Source of the DNA: Octopus bimaculoides
Lineage: Eukaryota
DNA length: 64,000 bases
NCBI RefSeq assembly: GCF_001194135.2
Contig: NC_068981.1
Span: forward strand, 148,121,130-148,185,129
Direction: 5' to 3'
Part shown: positions 13,026 through 26,267 of the stretch, piece by piece
Position numbering within the stretch: the stretch's first letter is position 1
Layout: the number at the start of each line of letters is the position of its first letter
Notes under the pieces: generated by a model
What the model was told of the DNA's origin: nothing
Database searches by the model: none
The model's input: only the letters and a program-made list of their open reading frames with translations
Made by a program: the position numbers and the translations under genes

Positions 13026-13389
13026 ATAATAATAATCAATGAAGGAAACAGAAAATGGATTTGGCATTAGTCTTTATTCAATACGACGATTGCTTCAACC
13101 CCTCCTGCGACTGTGCTTTATGGGTGGAATGTTGTGCATCCAATTGTGTTGCATCGATCAGTTTGCAAACATCAACATCACTGCAAGAACTCAAGATATA
13201 TTTAGTGGGACACCACTTTATGTATGCATGCACCTGATGTGACCCAGACTGCACTGATCAATGCAACAAAATTGAATGCACAGCATCCCACCCTTATAGG
13301 ATAGTTGCAGGAGGGCTTGAAACAATTGTCATACTGAATAAAGACTAATACCAAATCCATCTTCCGTTTCCTTCATTGATTATTATTAT
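13026..13389. repeat. Inverted-repeat element with 137-bp arms, related to the 35 kb hammerhead element
   Basis: Arms 13026-13162 and 13253-13389 differ by about 18 mismatches with no indels (manual alignment); spacer is 90 bp. Shares AATGAAGGA..CGGAAGATGG and GAAAC-NATY-GT motifs with 34987-35045. Confidence 0.8.
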
Positions 13390-15896
13390 CTCAACTAACA
13401 CTGTGGAAATCCAGTGGAAATATGCCCCAGTCATGAATGACACCACATAGCCCCGACTGTGAATGTGCTTTACTCAACATACTAATTGGCATATACTCAT
13501 TAGTCAAAAAAAATGACCCCCCCCCCCACACACATTTCAAAACTCCTTAAAAATGTATTTAATATAACATCCTAAATAACCCTCATAGCATTAGCATTAT
13601 ATGTCTAAAAGTTCTTATAATGAATTAAGATCTTTGAATAAGTATTTATGACCATATTAGTTATTTAAATTTATGCAGTTTCATGAGAAATTAAATATTA
13701 AAATGTTTGCGATCACTACAGTGAAACAAAGGAATATATTAAAAGGGGTGTTTGTGAAATGTTGAATTAAGTTTTAACTATCATGAGTAATAGTCCTTTA
13801 AATGTAGTCTTTCAAAAGAAAGACCTTGTTTACCTGGTTGATGGTACAGCTAACAAGTTTTATAAAAATAATAATTGATATATTGAGAAATTTCTCTGAA
13901 GAATTTATACTTTAAAACATGCTGAGAAGGAGTAAGTAAGTGCATGCAGACAATTCATCTAAGATAACAGTAACTCTGAATGGAAATTAATGATGGTTAG
14001 AAGGTATCCTGTAGCTCTGTCATAGACAATCTCCATGGTGCCTGTAGCACAGTAAAATGCACCCAATCTATGCTGCAAAGTGATTGATTATATGAAGGGC
14101 ATCCAGCCATAAACACCATGCTCTCCCCTTCTTACTAGCATACATACACAACAACAAAAACTGGTTGTATTGTTTGTTGTTTTGCATATCAGAGGATGAA
14201 GTTCATAAGAAAACATTGTGAGACAAGTTCAGTCTATATGATTCCATGGAAAAATTGACATTAAAAAAATATGAGGAAATGATGCTAATTTTCATATGCA
14301 CGTTTTTACAATTTTGTACATTTACTTAGTGGTTCTCTGATTTGATGAGATGTTTTATTAAGATTTCTTCAGTTGAAGTGTAATTTTTCTTTGGAGTTGA
14401 CTCCATATTAGCTGGAATGATAAAAATATTTTCCTTTAACTAATATTTTTCTTTACAGCATAATTATTTTTAATTAGCTTTTCAATACTCACTACCCTAA
14501 CCTATGTAAACCTGCATCATCAGCTAGGTAAAGAAATCATTCATCTACTTTTTGTTGAAAGACAAGAGCATGAGTTGAAGAATGCACCTTGAATATACCA
14601 CACAAAGGAAAGTAGAAATTTTCCCACAAGTTACCTTACAGGATATCTAGATGTTTTAGTGACTATTCACCTCATTCCCTGCTGCTGAACTAAATATAGT
14701 TATCATTTAGCTACATATTTGTTGATATCACAAGTGGCTGGTGCATAATTGATCAGGAATGTACCAAGGAATGATGAGGTTACTTTATATATATGAAAAA
14801 GAAATAGTTTTAGTAAAGTAGTGAAAAATACCTTCTGAGTGTTCTCATTATAATGATAATTGTTGTTGTCATTGTCATCCTCTTTCTCCTTTTATGTCTA
14901 TTTTTCCACAGTAATGCAGGCTGGAGGTGTCTCAAAAAGTATTGTTCTCATTTTTCAGCAACTATAGTAAAGTAACATAGTAATGGAGAAAACTAGCCAC
15001 CTTTGTTGTGTATGTCATTTTTGGCATGGTTTTATGGCTAGATACCCCTTCATAGCACCAACCACTCAACAGTATAAACTGGGTACATGTTATACCACTT
15101 GCACAAGAGATATCTTTGAAAATACTAAATAGTCTTCACAGTCCTAAACTATCCCAAATCTCTCCCCTCTTCTCTCCCTCTCTCTTTTTGTTTTTTTCTT
15201 TTGGCATGATTATTACAGCTAGATGACCTTCCTATCATCAAGCACTCTATAGCACATACTGGCTGCATTTTATTGTGCTATCCAGCCTAAAGAGGTTGTC
15301 TCTGATAAGACTAAATATTCCTTTCTACCCTATATTTGCATTTCTTCCATCAAATATAAGACAAAAAATTTCAAATATGCCACTTCAAATAATTTAAAAT
15401 CCATTGTAACAGATTATGGAATATATAATATAATCTATTTGTATTATGTGATGGTATGTTATGTTTTATGTTATGGTATGTGTTTGTGTGTGTATATATC
15501 GTTGCTATCATGCAAAAGTGTCATGAGTCCAAAATGTTGCTTTTTCAGAAAACAAAAAAAAATAGTCTCACCATTCCATTTCTTTTTACATTAGCAACAG
15601 TTTCAGCTTAACACAAATAAATACTTTGTTGGGTGCATGAAATCGTAACTCTATGCATGTATGATATTTCCAGTTAGAAATATTTTTGCAAAACTGTTGT
15701 ATGTGGGACTTATTACACTTTTGAAAAATGCTAAACCGCTGTACTACACTTTGACAATCTTCATCTGAAGCGGCTGAAGGTATGATAGTTTTACCAAAAG
15801 AACCAGCTATTGCAAGTAAAATTAAATATTGCAAAAAATGCATTTGGCCAAATTTGGACATACGACAGTTTAACATAATAGCAACGAGAGAGAGAG

Positions 15897-15941
<45 letters not shown>

Positions 15942-15946
<5 letters not shown>

Positions 15947-16152
15947 CTCTCACTCTCTGGGAGAGAGGCACAAGCACATACACAGACATATACACACACG
16001 GCAGTAAATTCCACCTACCAAATTCAATCACAAAGCTTTGGTCAGCTTGGAGCTATAGCAGGAGACACTTGCCCAAGGTGCCACGCGGTGGGACTGAACC
16101 CGAAACCATGTAGCTGGGCAGCAAGCTTCCTAACCACACAGCCATGCCCGCG
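15942..16152 (-). mobile_element. SINE family A, young subfamily, about 90 bp upstream of the par-6 PB1 exon
   Basis: Near-identical to 34772-34975, including the diagnostic ccctctctcactctctgggagagagg segment. Confidence 0.8.
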
Positions 16153-16244
16153 TATATATATATATATATATATGTAATATTATGATTCATATGATATTTA
16201 TTTGATGATGTTGTTATTCAACTTTTTCTTTGTATTTTTTTCAG

Positions 16245-16470
16245 TTTGATGCGGAATTTCGCCGATTTGCCATTGATAAAGATGGCAACTACCAGTTCGA
16301 GGAGTTCCATGAACTGGTGGAAAACCTTCATCAGCTTCATCGCATTCCATTTGTGATTACCTATACAGACCCAGCCCATGGTGATCTGCTTCCTATTAAT
16401 AATAAAGACAATTATTTAAAGGCTGTCTCTACAGCTCGACCATTGCTACGGCTACAAGTGCAGCGGAAAG
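16245..16470 (+). CDS. par-6: Par-6 coding exon (PB1 domain), probably exon 2
   Basis: Translates FDAEFRRFAIDK...YTDPAHGDLLPINNKDNYLKAVSTARPLLRLQVQRK, the Par-6 PB1 domain. Acceptor ttttttcag ends at 16244 (phase 0) and donor aaag|gtcagt starts at 16471 (phase 1). The short first coding exon was not found. Confidence 0.95.
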
Positions 16471-16728
16471 GTCAGTTTGTTATTATTTTTAGAAATTTAA
16501 TAAATGATAATTTATTAATAATTGATAAATATTCAAAACCAGGACTATGTACATCAATCCCAGTCAGTGATACAGTTAGTTCACTTTTTCTACAAAGTCT
16601 CATCCTCTTTATTTACTAAGGCTTGTTCACTTTACTAGGGCTGGTTCAGTATTTACTAGGTATAGTCTTTCAGTTGCTTCCCTTCACTCTTAGGATTTGT
16701 ATTGAGGTAAAGAGAGTGATAACTATTA

Positions 16729-16796
16729 CTATCTATCTATCTATCTAACTATCTATCTAACTAACTATCTAACTAACTATCTATCTAACTATCTAA

Positions 16797-16828
<32 letters not shown>

Positions 16829-17062
16829 GTCTATCTATCTGTCTGTCTGTCTGTCTGCCTATCTATCTATCTATCTATCTATGTCTATCTATCTATCTAT
16901 CTGTCTGTCTGTCTGCCTATCTATCTATCTGTCTGTCTGTCTGCCTATCTATCTATCTATCTATCTATCTCAATAACTATCTATCTATCTATCTCTCTCT
17001 CTAAATAACTATCTATCTAACTATCTATCCACCTACCTGCCTGCCTGTGTGTGTGTGTGTTT
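16729..17062. repeat. (CTAT)n/(CTGT)n tetranucleotide microsatellite
   Basis: Directly visible. Confidence 0.95.
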
Positions 17063-18119
17063 GTGTGAACATTGCTTCTCAATTTGTAATTGTGGAAATT
17101 GATGAATATAGAGTTCATTGACCATTTGAAACAGCTGTAAAGATGTAACTTGATTACATCATATAAATCATATCTTTTCATATAAATACATTCCTTACAC
17201 CTGTTTGCGTTTCTCTTTCCATACCTAATTAAGTTTGATCTTTCTTGTAACTACCTTTTTCTATCTACCTTGAGGAGCCATCTGGACACCTCATCTCGCC
17301 ATTTATCTCTTTGCAGCTCTTCTACATGAGATTTCTTCCCCTCCCTCATATTTTAACCACTCATCTTTTAGCATAAAGCTGTTCTCTTCCCTTGGGGTTC
17401 ACAGTCTTGCAACATGCATGGTAACCTCTCTAGTGCTGGTAACATAAAAAAAAACACACTCAATACATGCTGTACAGTGGTTGGCATTAGGAAGGGTACC
17501 CAGCCATAGAAACTATGCTAACTCAGACACTGGAGTATGATGCAGTCTTTGGACCCATTGGATCCTGCCAAACATTCCAACCCATGCCAGTGTGGAAGAT
17601 GGATATTAAATGATGAAATAAATGATAATTATTTCCATCATCATTATCATTGTTTTAATGTCCATTTTTCCCATACTTGTTTGGATTGAACAAAGGTTAT
17701 TGATGCAGATTTTTATAGCTGGATATCCTTATTGTTGCCAACATTTAACCTGTTTCTAAGAAAGGTAATATTTTCCCATGATTAGCTGTGATTTTGCAGA
17801 ATATTGGAAATGAATAACAATCACTTACAACAATCATGTAATGTCAAGACAAAGACACACACACACATACATGTCACTAAAGTGACTAAGGGCACTAATC
17901 AGCACTATTATCGCTAGAAATAAAAGCCAAAACAACTCAATAGCCACGAAGAGCAATACCTTAATGACTGACAAGGGAGGTAAGCTTCTTACAGCAGCAG
18001 GCATAGCCAGATCATTGATGATTTCGCATTCCTTTGTTACTTTAGTGACATTTATATTTCTGCCTTTAGGTTGTAAAATTGTGAATAAGCCACCCATATT
18101 ATATATATAAGAAAAGCTG

Positions 18120-18414
18120 AACATTAGAAGCATCAGTTGTGGTGTGCAAGAGAGATGATTGCGCTGGTATGGACATGTGGTGAGAATGGATGAGGATAGC
18201 TGCGTAAAAAAGTGCCACACCCTAACAGTTGAGGGAACCCGTGGAAGAGGTAGGCCCAGGAAGACCTGGGCTGAGGTGGTGAGGCAAGACCTTCATACAT
18301 TGGGCCTCACCGAGGCGATGACTACTGACCGAGACCTTGGAAATGTGCTGTGCGTGAGAAGACCCGGTAAGCCAAGTAAGATCGTTGCCAGTGCCCCTGG
18401 ACTGGCTCTTGTGC
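18120..18414 (+). mobile_element. RTE LINE 3' end running into an N-gap
   Basis: RWYGHVVRMDEDSCVKKC...GRGRPRKTWAEVVRQDL is a typical RTE C-terminus. Confidence 0.9.
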
Positions 18415-20310
18415 NNNNNNNNNNNNNNNNNNNNNNNNNNNNNNNNNNNNNNNNNNNNNNNNNNNNNNNNNNNNNNNNNNNNNNNNNNNNNNNNNNNNNN
18501 NNNNNNNNNNNNNNNNNNNNNNNNNNNNNNNNNNNNNNNNNNNNNNNNNNNNNNNNNNNNNNNNNNNNNNNNNNNNNNNNNNNNNNNNNNNNNNNNNNNN
18601 NNNNNNNNNNNNNNNNNNNNNNNNNNNNNNNNNNNNNNNNNNNNNNNNNNNNNNNNNNNNNNNNNNNNNNNNNNNNNNNNNNNNNNNNNNNNNNNNNNNN
18701 NNNNNNNNNNNNNNNNNNNNNNNNNNNNNNNNNNNNNNNNNNNNNNNNNNNNNNNNNNNNNNNNNNNNNNNNNNNNNNNNNNNNNNNNNNNNNNNNNNNN
18801 NNNNNNNNNNNNNNNNNNNNNNNNNNNNNNNNNNNNNNNNNNNNNNNNNNNNNNNNNNNNNNNNNNNNNNNNNNNNNNNNNNNNNNNNNNNNNNNNNNNN
18901 NNNNNNNNNNNNNNNNNNNNNNNNNNNNNNNNNNNNNNNNNNNNNNNNNNNNNNNNNNNNNNNNNNNNNNNNNNNNNNNNNNNNNNNNNNNNNNNNNNNN
19001 NNNNNNNNNNNNNNNNNNNNNNNNNNNNNNNNNNNNNNNNNNNNNNNNNNNNNNNNNNNNNNNNNNNNNNNNNNNNNNNNNNNNNNNNNNNNNNNNNNNN
19101 NNNNNNNNNNNNNNNNNNNNNNNNNNNNNNNNNNNNNNNNNNNNNNNNNNNNNNNNNNNNNNNNNNNNNNNNNNNNNNNNNNNNNNNNNNNNNNNNNNNN
19201 NNNNNNNNNNNNNNNNNNNNNNNNNNNNNNNNNNNNNNNNNNNNNNNCTGATGCTGGTGTGTTTACATCCCTGTAACTTAGCGGTTTGGTAATAAGAAAC
19301 CGATAGAATAAGTACTAGGCTCACAAAGAATAAGTTGTGGGGTTGATTTGTTTGACTAAAGGCGGTGCTCCAGCATGGCTGCAGTCAAATGACTGAAACA
19401 AGTAAAAGAATAAGAGAATATATGACAAATTTCTTTTGTTTCCCTCTATCAAATCCACTCACATGGCTTTGGTTGGTCCAAAACTGTAGCAGAAGACACT
19501 TGCCCAAGGTGCCACACAGTGGGACTGAACTCAAAACCATGTGGTTGGGAAACAAACTTCTTAACCACACAGCCTTACTGTGACAGAAAGTGCATATCTC
19601 TAGTTCATCCAACAGGTTATTTTGAGGATTGAGAATCAATAAATATGAGTATACTACCATATAAATAACTGGTGGCTTACTTAGATTCTTTTACTAGTTT
19701 CAGCCATTGGGTTGTGTCTATTCTGGTACCATTATAGATTTGTATATTGCAATATGACTTAATGTAACTTCAGTGTTTAGAATAAAAGGAATCAATACAA
19801 TAGCCAATATCTGTTTTATGGATTTTGTTTTGTCTTTTAGAAAGGCATTCCTAAAAGTGTCTCAAATATTTGATTTTTACTTTTATCAGTAAGTCAAACA
19901 ATAATTCTTATAAACATTGGTAATATAATAATTGTGTTATAAAATGTATAGAATTATGGGTTGGTGAAATAGATAAGCAAGAAAATGGAACATCGGTATT
20001 TTCCTGTTGTTCTTGTAGAATGTAACTAATATGGTGACATATTTAATATGATAAAAATTGACTCTTATGAAATAGCTATAACATTTCCTGGTTTTAATTA
20101 GAGACACAGCATGGCTGTGTGGATATGAAATTCACTTCGCAATCGTGTGGTTTCTGGTTTAGTCCTGCTGCACAGTACCTATGACATTTTCTACTATAGC
20201 CTTGTGCTAACAAATGCCTTGTGGTGTGACTTTTGTAAACAGAAATTGTGTGGAACCCTGTCTTGTGTGTATGTATACTCTCTTTCTCTCTCTCTTTCTC
20301 TCTCTGTCTG

Positions 20311-20342
<32 letters not shown>

Positions 20343-22744
20343 TCTCACACACACACAAGGATTTCACTTAAGCATGGTGATACCAATAACAGTTGTTAAT
20401 ATTCAATATTCTAATGCTTTGACATTGTCAGGCGATTACAGTACATAATATCAATAAATCAATTGCAAAAGAACAGGAGTTATGTAATCGCTTTCATTAG
20501 CCTATGACTGTTTTTGCTATAAGAAGCGGTGAACTCTGAGCTGGGTGCTTGTGTGACATCTTATAGCTTCTGTGGAGCTATTAGAATTGTGTATATTTAT
20601 TTTTTTATCATCATTGTTTAATGTCCACTTTCTATGCTGGCATGGGTTGGACAGTTTGACACGGAGCTGGCTAGCAAGGAGCTATCCAGATTCCAATTGT
20701 CTGTTGTGGCATGATTTCTATGGCTGGATGCCCTTCCTAAAACCAAGTAGTTAAATCATAATTTACACACACACACACACACACACACATACATTAAGTT
20801 ACTATAGAATTTATTGTTGTCCAACAATAGTTACAATGATGTCTCCTTAAGTTGCTGAGGTTTCTTAAACTGGTGTTAAGTTCTAGATACTGAAGTATTT
20901 GGCAGATGAAAGACAGAAATCTTCCATATACCATTAAACATTCCTCAATTCTGCTTAAGAATCTACTCCAAAGAATTAATTGGTTTCCTTAGTATAACAA
21001 AAATGCTTGTTGTGTATATATGAACTCAAAATCTATAACTTGGTTTATGGATACACCACTCACTTGGTTATTTTAATTCAAATGTTTGATTCCAAAATTG
21101 ATTCTAAGATTAGAAAACTCATATTATTGATCGCAGATTACTTATAGATACAGTGGCATTGTAAAATATGTGTCTTGGTTCTTAGCTCATAAGTTTAGAT
21201 TGTGAGTGAAAGTATTGTGTCTTGAAGTAAGATGCTTAAGCAACGTTACTTATATTTCCAATCTACCAAGTTGAACCGCTGAGAGAAGCAGCTACAATGT
21301 GATTGAACAAACTTTTAGAAATAGCAGTCAAATCTTACTCAGATCTTGCCATACCCCACTCAAAAAAGGAAGTACACTGGACGATCTCATGGATATGCAA
21401 AAAAGATAGTTTGGTCAGTGCTGGAATGTTTTTGATTTCAGGTTTTATTCAATCAGGGTTGACCTGAGACTAAAGATAACATCTACAATATATTGAAATG
21501 CTGTTAAATAGAATGATAATGAATCCTTGATCAGAGCTAACCTGGGGCTAAACACATTTCTATGTTACATAGTTATGTCTTGTTGTCACCATCCCTACTG
21601 TCATGTGCATACACACACACAAGCAATACACACAAACACAAATGTTTGTTGTAATGTATTGTTATACACATAAAAACAACCATTAATTGGAAAGTCACTC
21701 AATAATGTTTATGTAGAGTATCAAAATTTATTTTCACAAGAAAATAGTCAAACAGTGACTTTGGATTTTCATTGTTCATTGGCTTCCTCAGACTGTCTGC
21801 TAAATCAACAAACAACAAAACTTGAAAGTCACTATCAAACTTTTTCCTTATAAAAATGCTGCTAAATGTAATAATAATGATTAATCCTTTCAGAAATCTC
21901 ATATATAACATAAGCTTGTTAGTAGTTTTGTGTTCAGAATTGTTTATGGGAATGTACTGAAAGCTTCATTAAAATATAGATATTTAATTTTTTTATGGTT
22001 TAATGAGAGTAGGAAAGGCAGTGCACATGACCTTTTGCAGACTGGTGGGAATAAGCAAGAAATATCTCGATATCTTCAGACTGGGGACCTGGTTTGGTCC
22101 ATGCTTATGACAGAGTGGACATTGTTGTTAAAGGCACTTAAGTACCAGATGGTGGCATTGAACTAAATTAATAAAACCACTGGGACAGCTTTACTTTGCT
22201 AAGCTGGTGTATATAGACATGTTAAAAAAGCCATTAAGTAAAACTAGCAAAGTGGTTAAAGGAGTTTGTACTGTAAAGCGAGGGAGGTGGTTCCTTTTGA
22301 GTGTTCATACTTTGGTCAAAATCAAACTCATTCAAAGTATGTGAATTATTAGAAACATTCCATATAAGCACAGGTATTGCTATTTGGTTAAGAAGCTTGT
22401 TTATGAGCTATGTGAGGGTTCAGTTTCACTGCGTGGTACCTTAGGCAAACATCTACTATTGCCTTGAGAATGGATTTGGTAGAAAGAAACTAGAAGAAGC
22501 CCATCTTTGCATGGCTTAGTGGATAGGGTGTTGGGCTCATGATTGCAAAATTGTAGTTTTGATTCATGGACTGGGTGATGTATTGTATTCTTGAGCAAAA
22601 TACTTCATGTTGCTCCAATCCACTCAGCTGGTAAAAGTGAGTAATCCTGCAACAGATTGGCAACTCATCCAAGGAAGAATATATATACCAGAGAAACTGG
22701 GGAAACTGGTCCATTGTTCCTTATGGAGAAATGTTGACTAGCCA

Positions 22745-22779
<35 letters not shown>

Positions 22780-24249
22780 CTTTGTCTTAACATCACCAGA
22801 TAGCTGCAAGCAAGTATCACCGTCATACAAGCAATGTTGTTCATTTCTAGTATTCCACAAAATCATGTCTGTCCAAGGGGAAATATTACCTGACTTGGAA
22901 ATGGTTGAAGGTTGGTGACAGGAATGTCATCCATCCAAAAAACATTACCTCAAAATAACCCTCCACCTCATGCCAACAGGGAAAAGCTAATGTAAAATGC
23001 TGATAAATGATAAAGAGGAAAGAATGAGATTTGGTATAATGTTAATGCATAAAATGAATGATAATGGTAGACATAAATTCCAGACTAAATTTACTGTATA
23101 CATTTTGCTCTATAATAATTACATTTGATGTTTTACATGAAACAGAAGAAACTATATTCACTACAGTTTATAATGGTTTGTAAGATGTCATCATACTAAA
23201 AGTCAGACTTCATTGCTTATTTAATTAATTTTAATTAAAATTTTAGGATTGCCTTGCCTTTGTTTAAATTTTTTTAAATTAGTTATTTTCATAATGATTA
23301 TTAAGGTCGTGAATCTAATATTTTTTTTTTATCTTACTAGTATTGTCCACTTAGCTAAGTTTTCATGTATTAATTTGTAGATATGATATAGCCAGGTGGA
23401 TAAGGTACTGGATTAACTAGAGATTAAATATCATGTCTGCAACAAGTGTTTCATTATGCCTATGTATGAAATGATTTAATTTTACATAAGGAGCAATAAT
23501 TTATGCTGAGAAGCAGAATCATATTTTCTGCGAATGTTACCTGCAAATAATGTTGTTTTATCCAAAGAAAGCAGATTCACTCTTTCATCTACATGACATT
23601 AGTTGATTAAAATGTTTGTCATTAGATATAACTAGTGCTATAGAGCAATGGTTACATTTCCAAGGTACATCTGGCACTACTACACAATTGTTGCTGTCGT
23701 TATTACTGTTGTTTAGCCCCATAGCAACGTTGATATATTAGACCCATAATTGTGGCTGCTCCACCAATGACCATTACATGTTGTTTTTGAGTGTATTTTA
23801 CATTATCCAATGTCTTCCCATTTCAGATGACAGGGTGTAATTTGAGAAAGATCTGGCTGATATTTCCAGCAGGTCAAGCAATCTCAAAGAACCTCTGATT
23901 GTTAGTTTTAATCATTGTTAACAGCTGTTTAGTTTCACTCTTGGCCTGAGGATATATCACTCTGGTTCATATAAGATAAGTACCAGGTACATATTTTTGT
24001 TTTTTTTTTGGTTTTTCAATGAAGTGAGCTCAGATGCTCCCAACAAGTAACTTCCAGAAAGCATGATCATCCAAAGCAATAGCTTGATTTTCCAAATTTT
24101 GTAAACCTAGTGTCTTGTACTAGTTGGTTGATATACATAAATGAGGTCTTCCTCTCGATCTTTAGCTGTGAGTTGGCTTTCAGAGTCACAACTGATATAC
24201 TACCTCATCTTTGCTTTTCCCACATCAGCATCATCTGATTGAGCTTGCT

Positions 24250-25110
24250 CATACATTTTTAACCCCCACACATTAGCCATCTCAGTCTTGCATCAATTGA
24301 GGAAAGTCTTCAGATAGATAGCCAGTGTCTCTGGTGAGTTGATCTACATACATTCTATTCAGATGGCCTGCTTTGGCATCCATAGCTGTAGGGCACTTTC
24401 CAGCTCTTGTTTGGTTTGCTAGCAATGTCCCACAATTCATAAATGCCTTTCCCTTACAATGGTGGAAACAGGCAAGAGATCTCAATTTAGCTGTTTCTTG
24501 GTGAGATGAGTTCTCCAAGACTGCTCTTAAGATTCAGGTGTGAGTTCCATCTAGCTTGGATTACAGTTTTTTGATAAGCATCTAGGCTGTTGCTCCATAT
24601 AACAGGACTGACTACTGTTGCACAGAAAAAAAATTTGTCTTAAGGTTGTCTGACAGGGTTGATTTCCAGACAACATCTAGTTTGTTTAGGGCCTTAGACT
24701 GTACAAGTTTTTACATCCTTTCCAAAGACCCCTAATTTCTATTAACATAATGTGGATGTTACTGGAAGTAGATTGCCTTAAAATTCAGTATTGCCTCTGA
24801 CATATTGAGCTTTATAGTAGTGTGTAGGTATCATGCAACCAATTTTATCATGCTTTTGTTAAGAGTCCTTGTTCCTGTTCCATACATTGGCACACTATTG
24901 TTCCTTCGATGAATTTAAGTTTCAGGTCTTGATTTAGATTTGATTTCTATATTGTTGCCATTTTGTTGGATACTGATTAAGTTTGAGTGATATAAGCTTT
25001 AATACTCTTTACTGAGTTGGCTACAAGATACTGGAAATCTTTCACTTCTTTCAGCTTGTGTTCTCTTGTAATGATGTCTTGCTGATATGAAGATCAATTA
25101 AATTATCTAA
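24250..25110 (-). mobile_element. Two adjacent decayed non-LTR RT C-terminal fragments
   Basis: Degenerate reading gives ...KALNKLDVVWKSTLSDNLK...VLLYGA...KLDGT and ...YVDQLTRDTGYLSEDFPQLMQD. The upstream segment repeats the DFQYL...KSNLNQDLKLKF region. Confidence 0.65.
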
Positions 25111-25376
25111 AAGTCTGTGGCCTTTTGAAAATATAAGAAATCATTACTTGTACCATTATCTTGCTTAATTAAGTTTTCTTGATAATTTAAGTTTACTCAA
25201 ATTAAATATTCTTATTTATTTGTTTTTTTTTGTTTTGTTTTTTTTTGTTTTTTCTAAGTATTCTGTTTTCTGGAGCCGCACTAAATTTGGTTTTATACCT
25301 ATCTCATCTGTTGTTATTTATTTATTTATTCTATTTTTTCTTTTATTTTATTTTATTGTATGTTTTTGTTTTTCAG

Positions 25377-26017
25377 GTGAGAGTTATGGTGAAGTGAATG
25401 GTTATGGCTCAGGACCAATGAAAAGGAAAAATCCAATTTCAAAGTTGATAGGAACTGGAGAGGCATCACCAAAGCCACGTCTTAGGATTGGTATGCCTGA
25501 GGAATTCCGCCGTGTCTCTGCTATTATTGATGTTGATATTGTGCCAGAGACACACAGACGTGTGAAACTCATGAAAAATGGTTCTGATAAACCATTGGGA
25601 TTTTACATACGAGATGGTACTAGCTTTCGTGTGACTTCCTCTGGGGTGGAAAAAGTACCTGGAATTTTCATTTCTCGTCTAGTTCCAGGAGGCCTTGCTG
25701 AAAGCACTGGCCTTCTGGCTGTGAATGATGAGGTTTTGGAAGTGAATGGTATCGAGGTGATGGGCAAGACTCTTGACCAGGTCACGGACATGATGGTTGC
25801 AAACAGCGCTAATCTGATTATCACTGTTAAGCCTGTAAATCAGCGAATGACTTTGGCTCCACAACGAGGTGGCTATGGCCGCCATTCCCAGCTGTCGAAT
25901 AAGTCACAGCAGTCTCAACAATCGGGGAAGTCCTATGACAGCGATGACGAAGATGATGTACAGGAGCTCCTTAGTAAGGAAGACAAGGATAAAGACAGTC
26001 CTGTGGTTGTATTGTGA
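25377..26017 (+). CDS. par-6: Par-6 last coding exon (semi-CRIB, PDZ, C-tail)
   Basis: Acceptor ttttcag ends at 25376 and is phase 1, joining in frame (226+641 nt = 289 codons). Contains [26 protein letters not shown] (semi-CRIB) and [10 protein letters not shown]...[31 protein letters not shown] (Par-6 PDZ). Stop TGA at 26015-26017. Confidence 0.97.
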
Positions 26018-26071
26018 GGGATGGTGGGAAAGTAAACAAAAATGATAAACATATATATATGTGTGTGTGTG

Positions 26072-26117
<46 letters not shown>

Positions 26118-26233
26118 CACATATATGTATGTATAAATACACATGTATATATATATATATATGTATATATGTACACACACATATATGTATGTATATATAT
26201 ATATATATATATGTACACACACATATATGTATG

Positions 26234-26267
<34 letters not shown>

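Noticed and set aside
1-16244. First coding exon of par-6 (ending VEVKSK-like, phase-0 donor)
   Set aside because: No matching exon was found by eye; it is probably upstream of the window or in a gap.
17099-17145. UUGAUGA...GAAAC AGCU GUA, hammerhead-like with palindromic stem III
   Set aside because: C3 is mutated, stem II pairs poorly and there is no stem I. At best an old relic.
25603-25885. Minus-strand ORFs over the par-6 PDZ exon (also + ORF 40364-40552 over NUDT16 exon 3)
   Set aside because: They are shadow frames of real coding exons.
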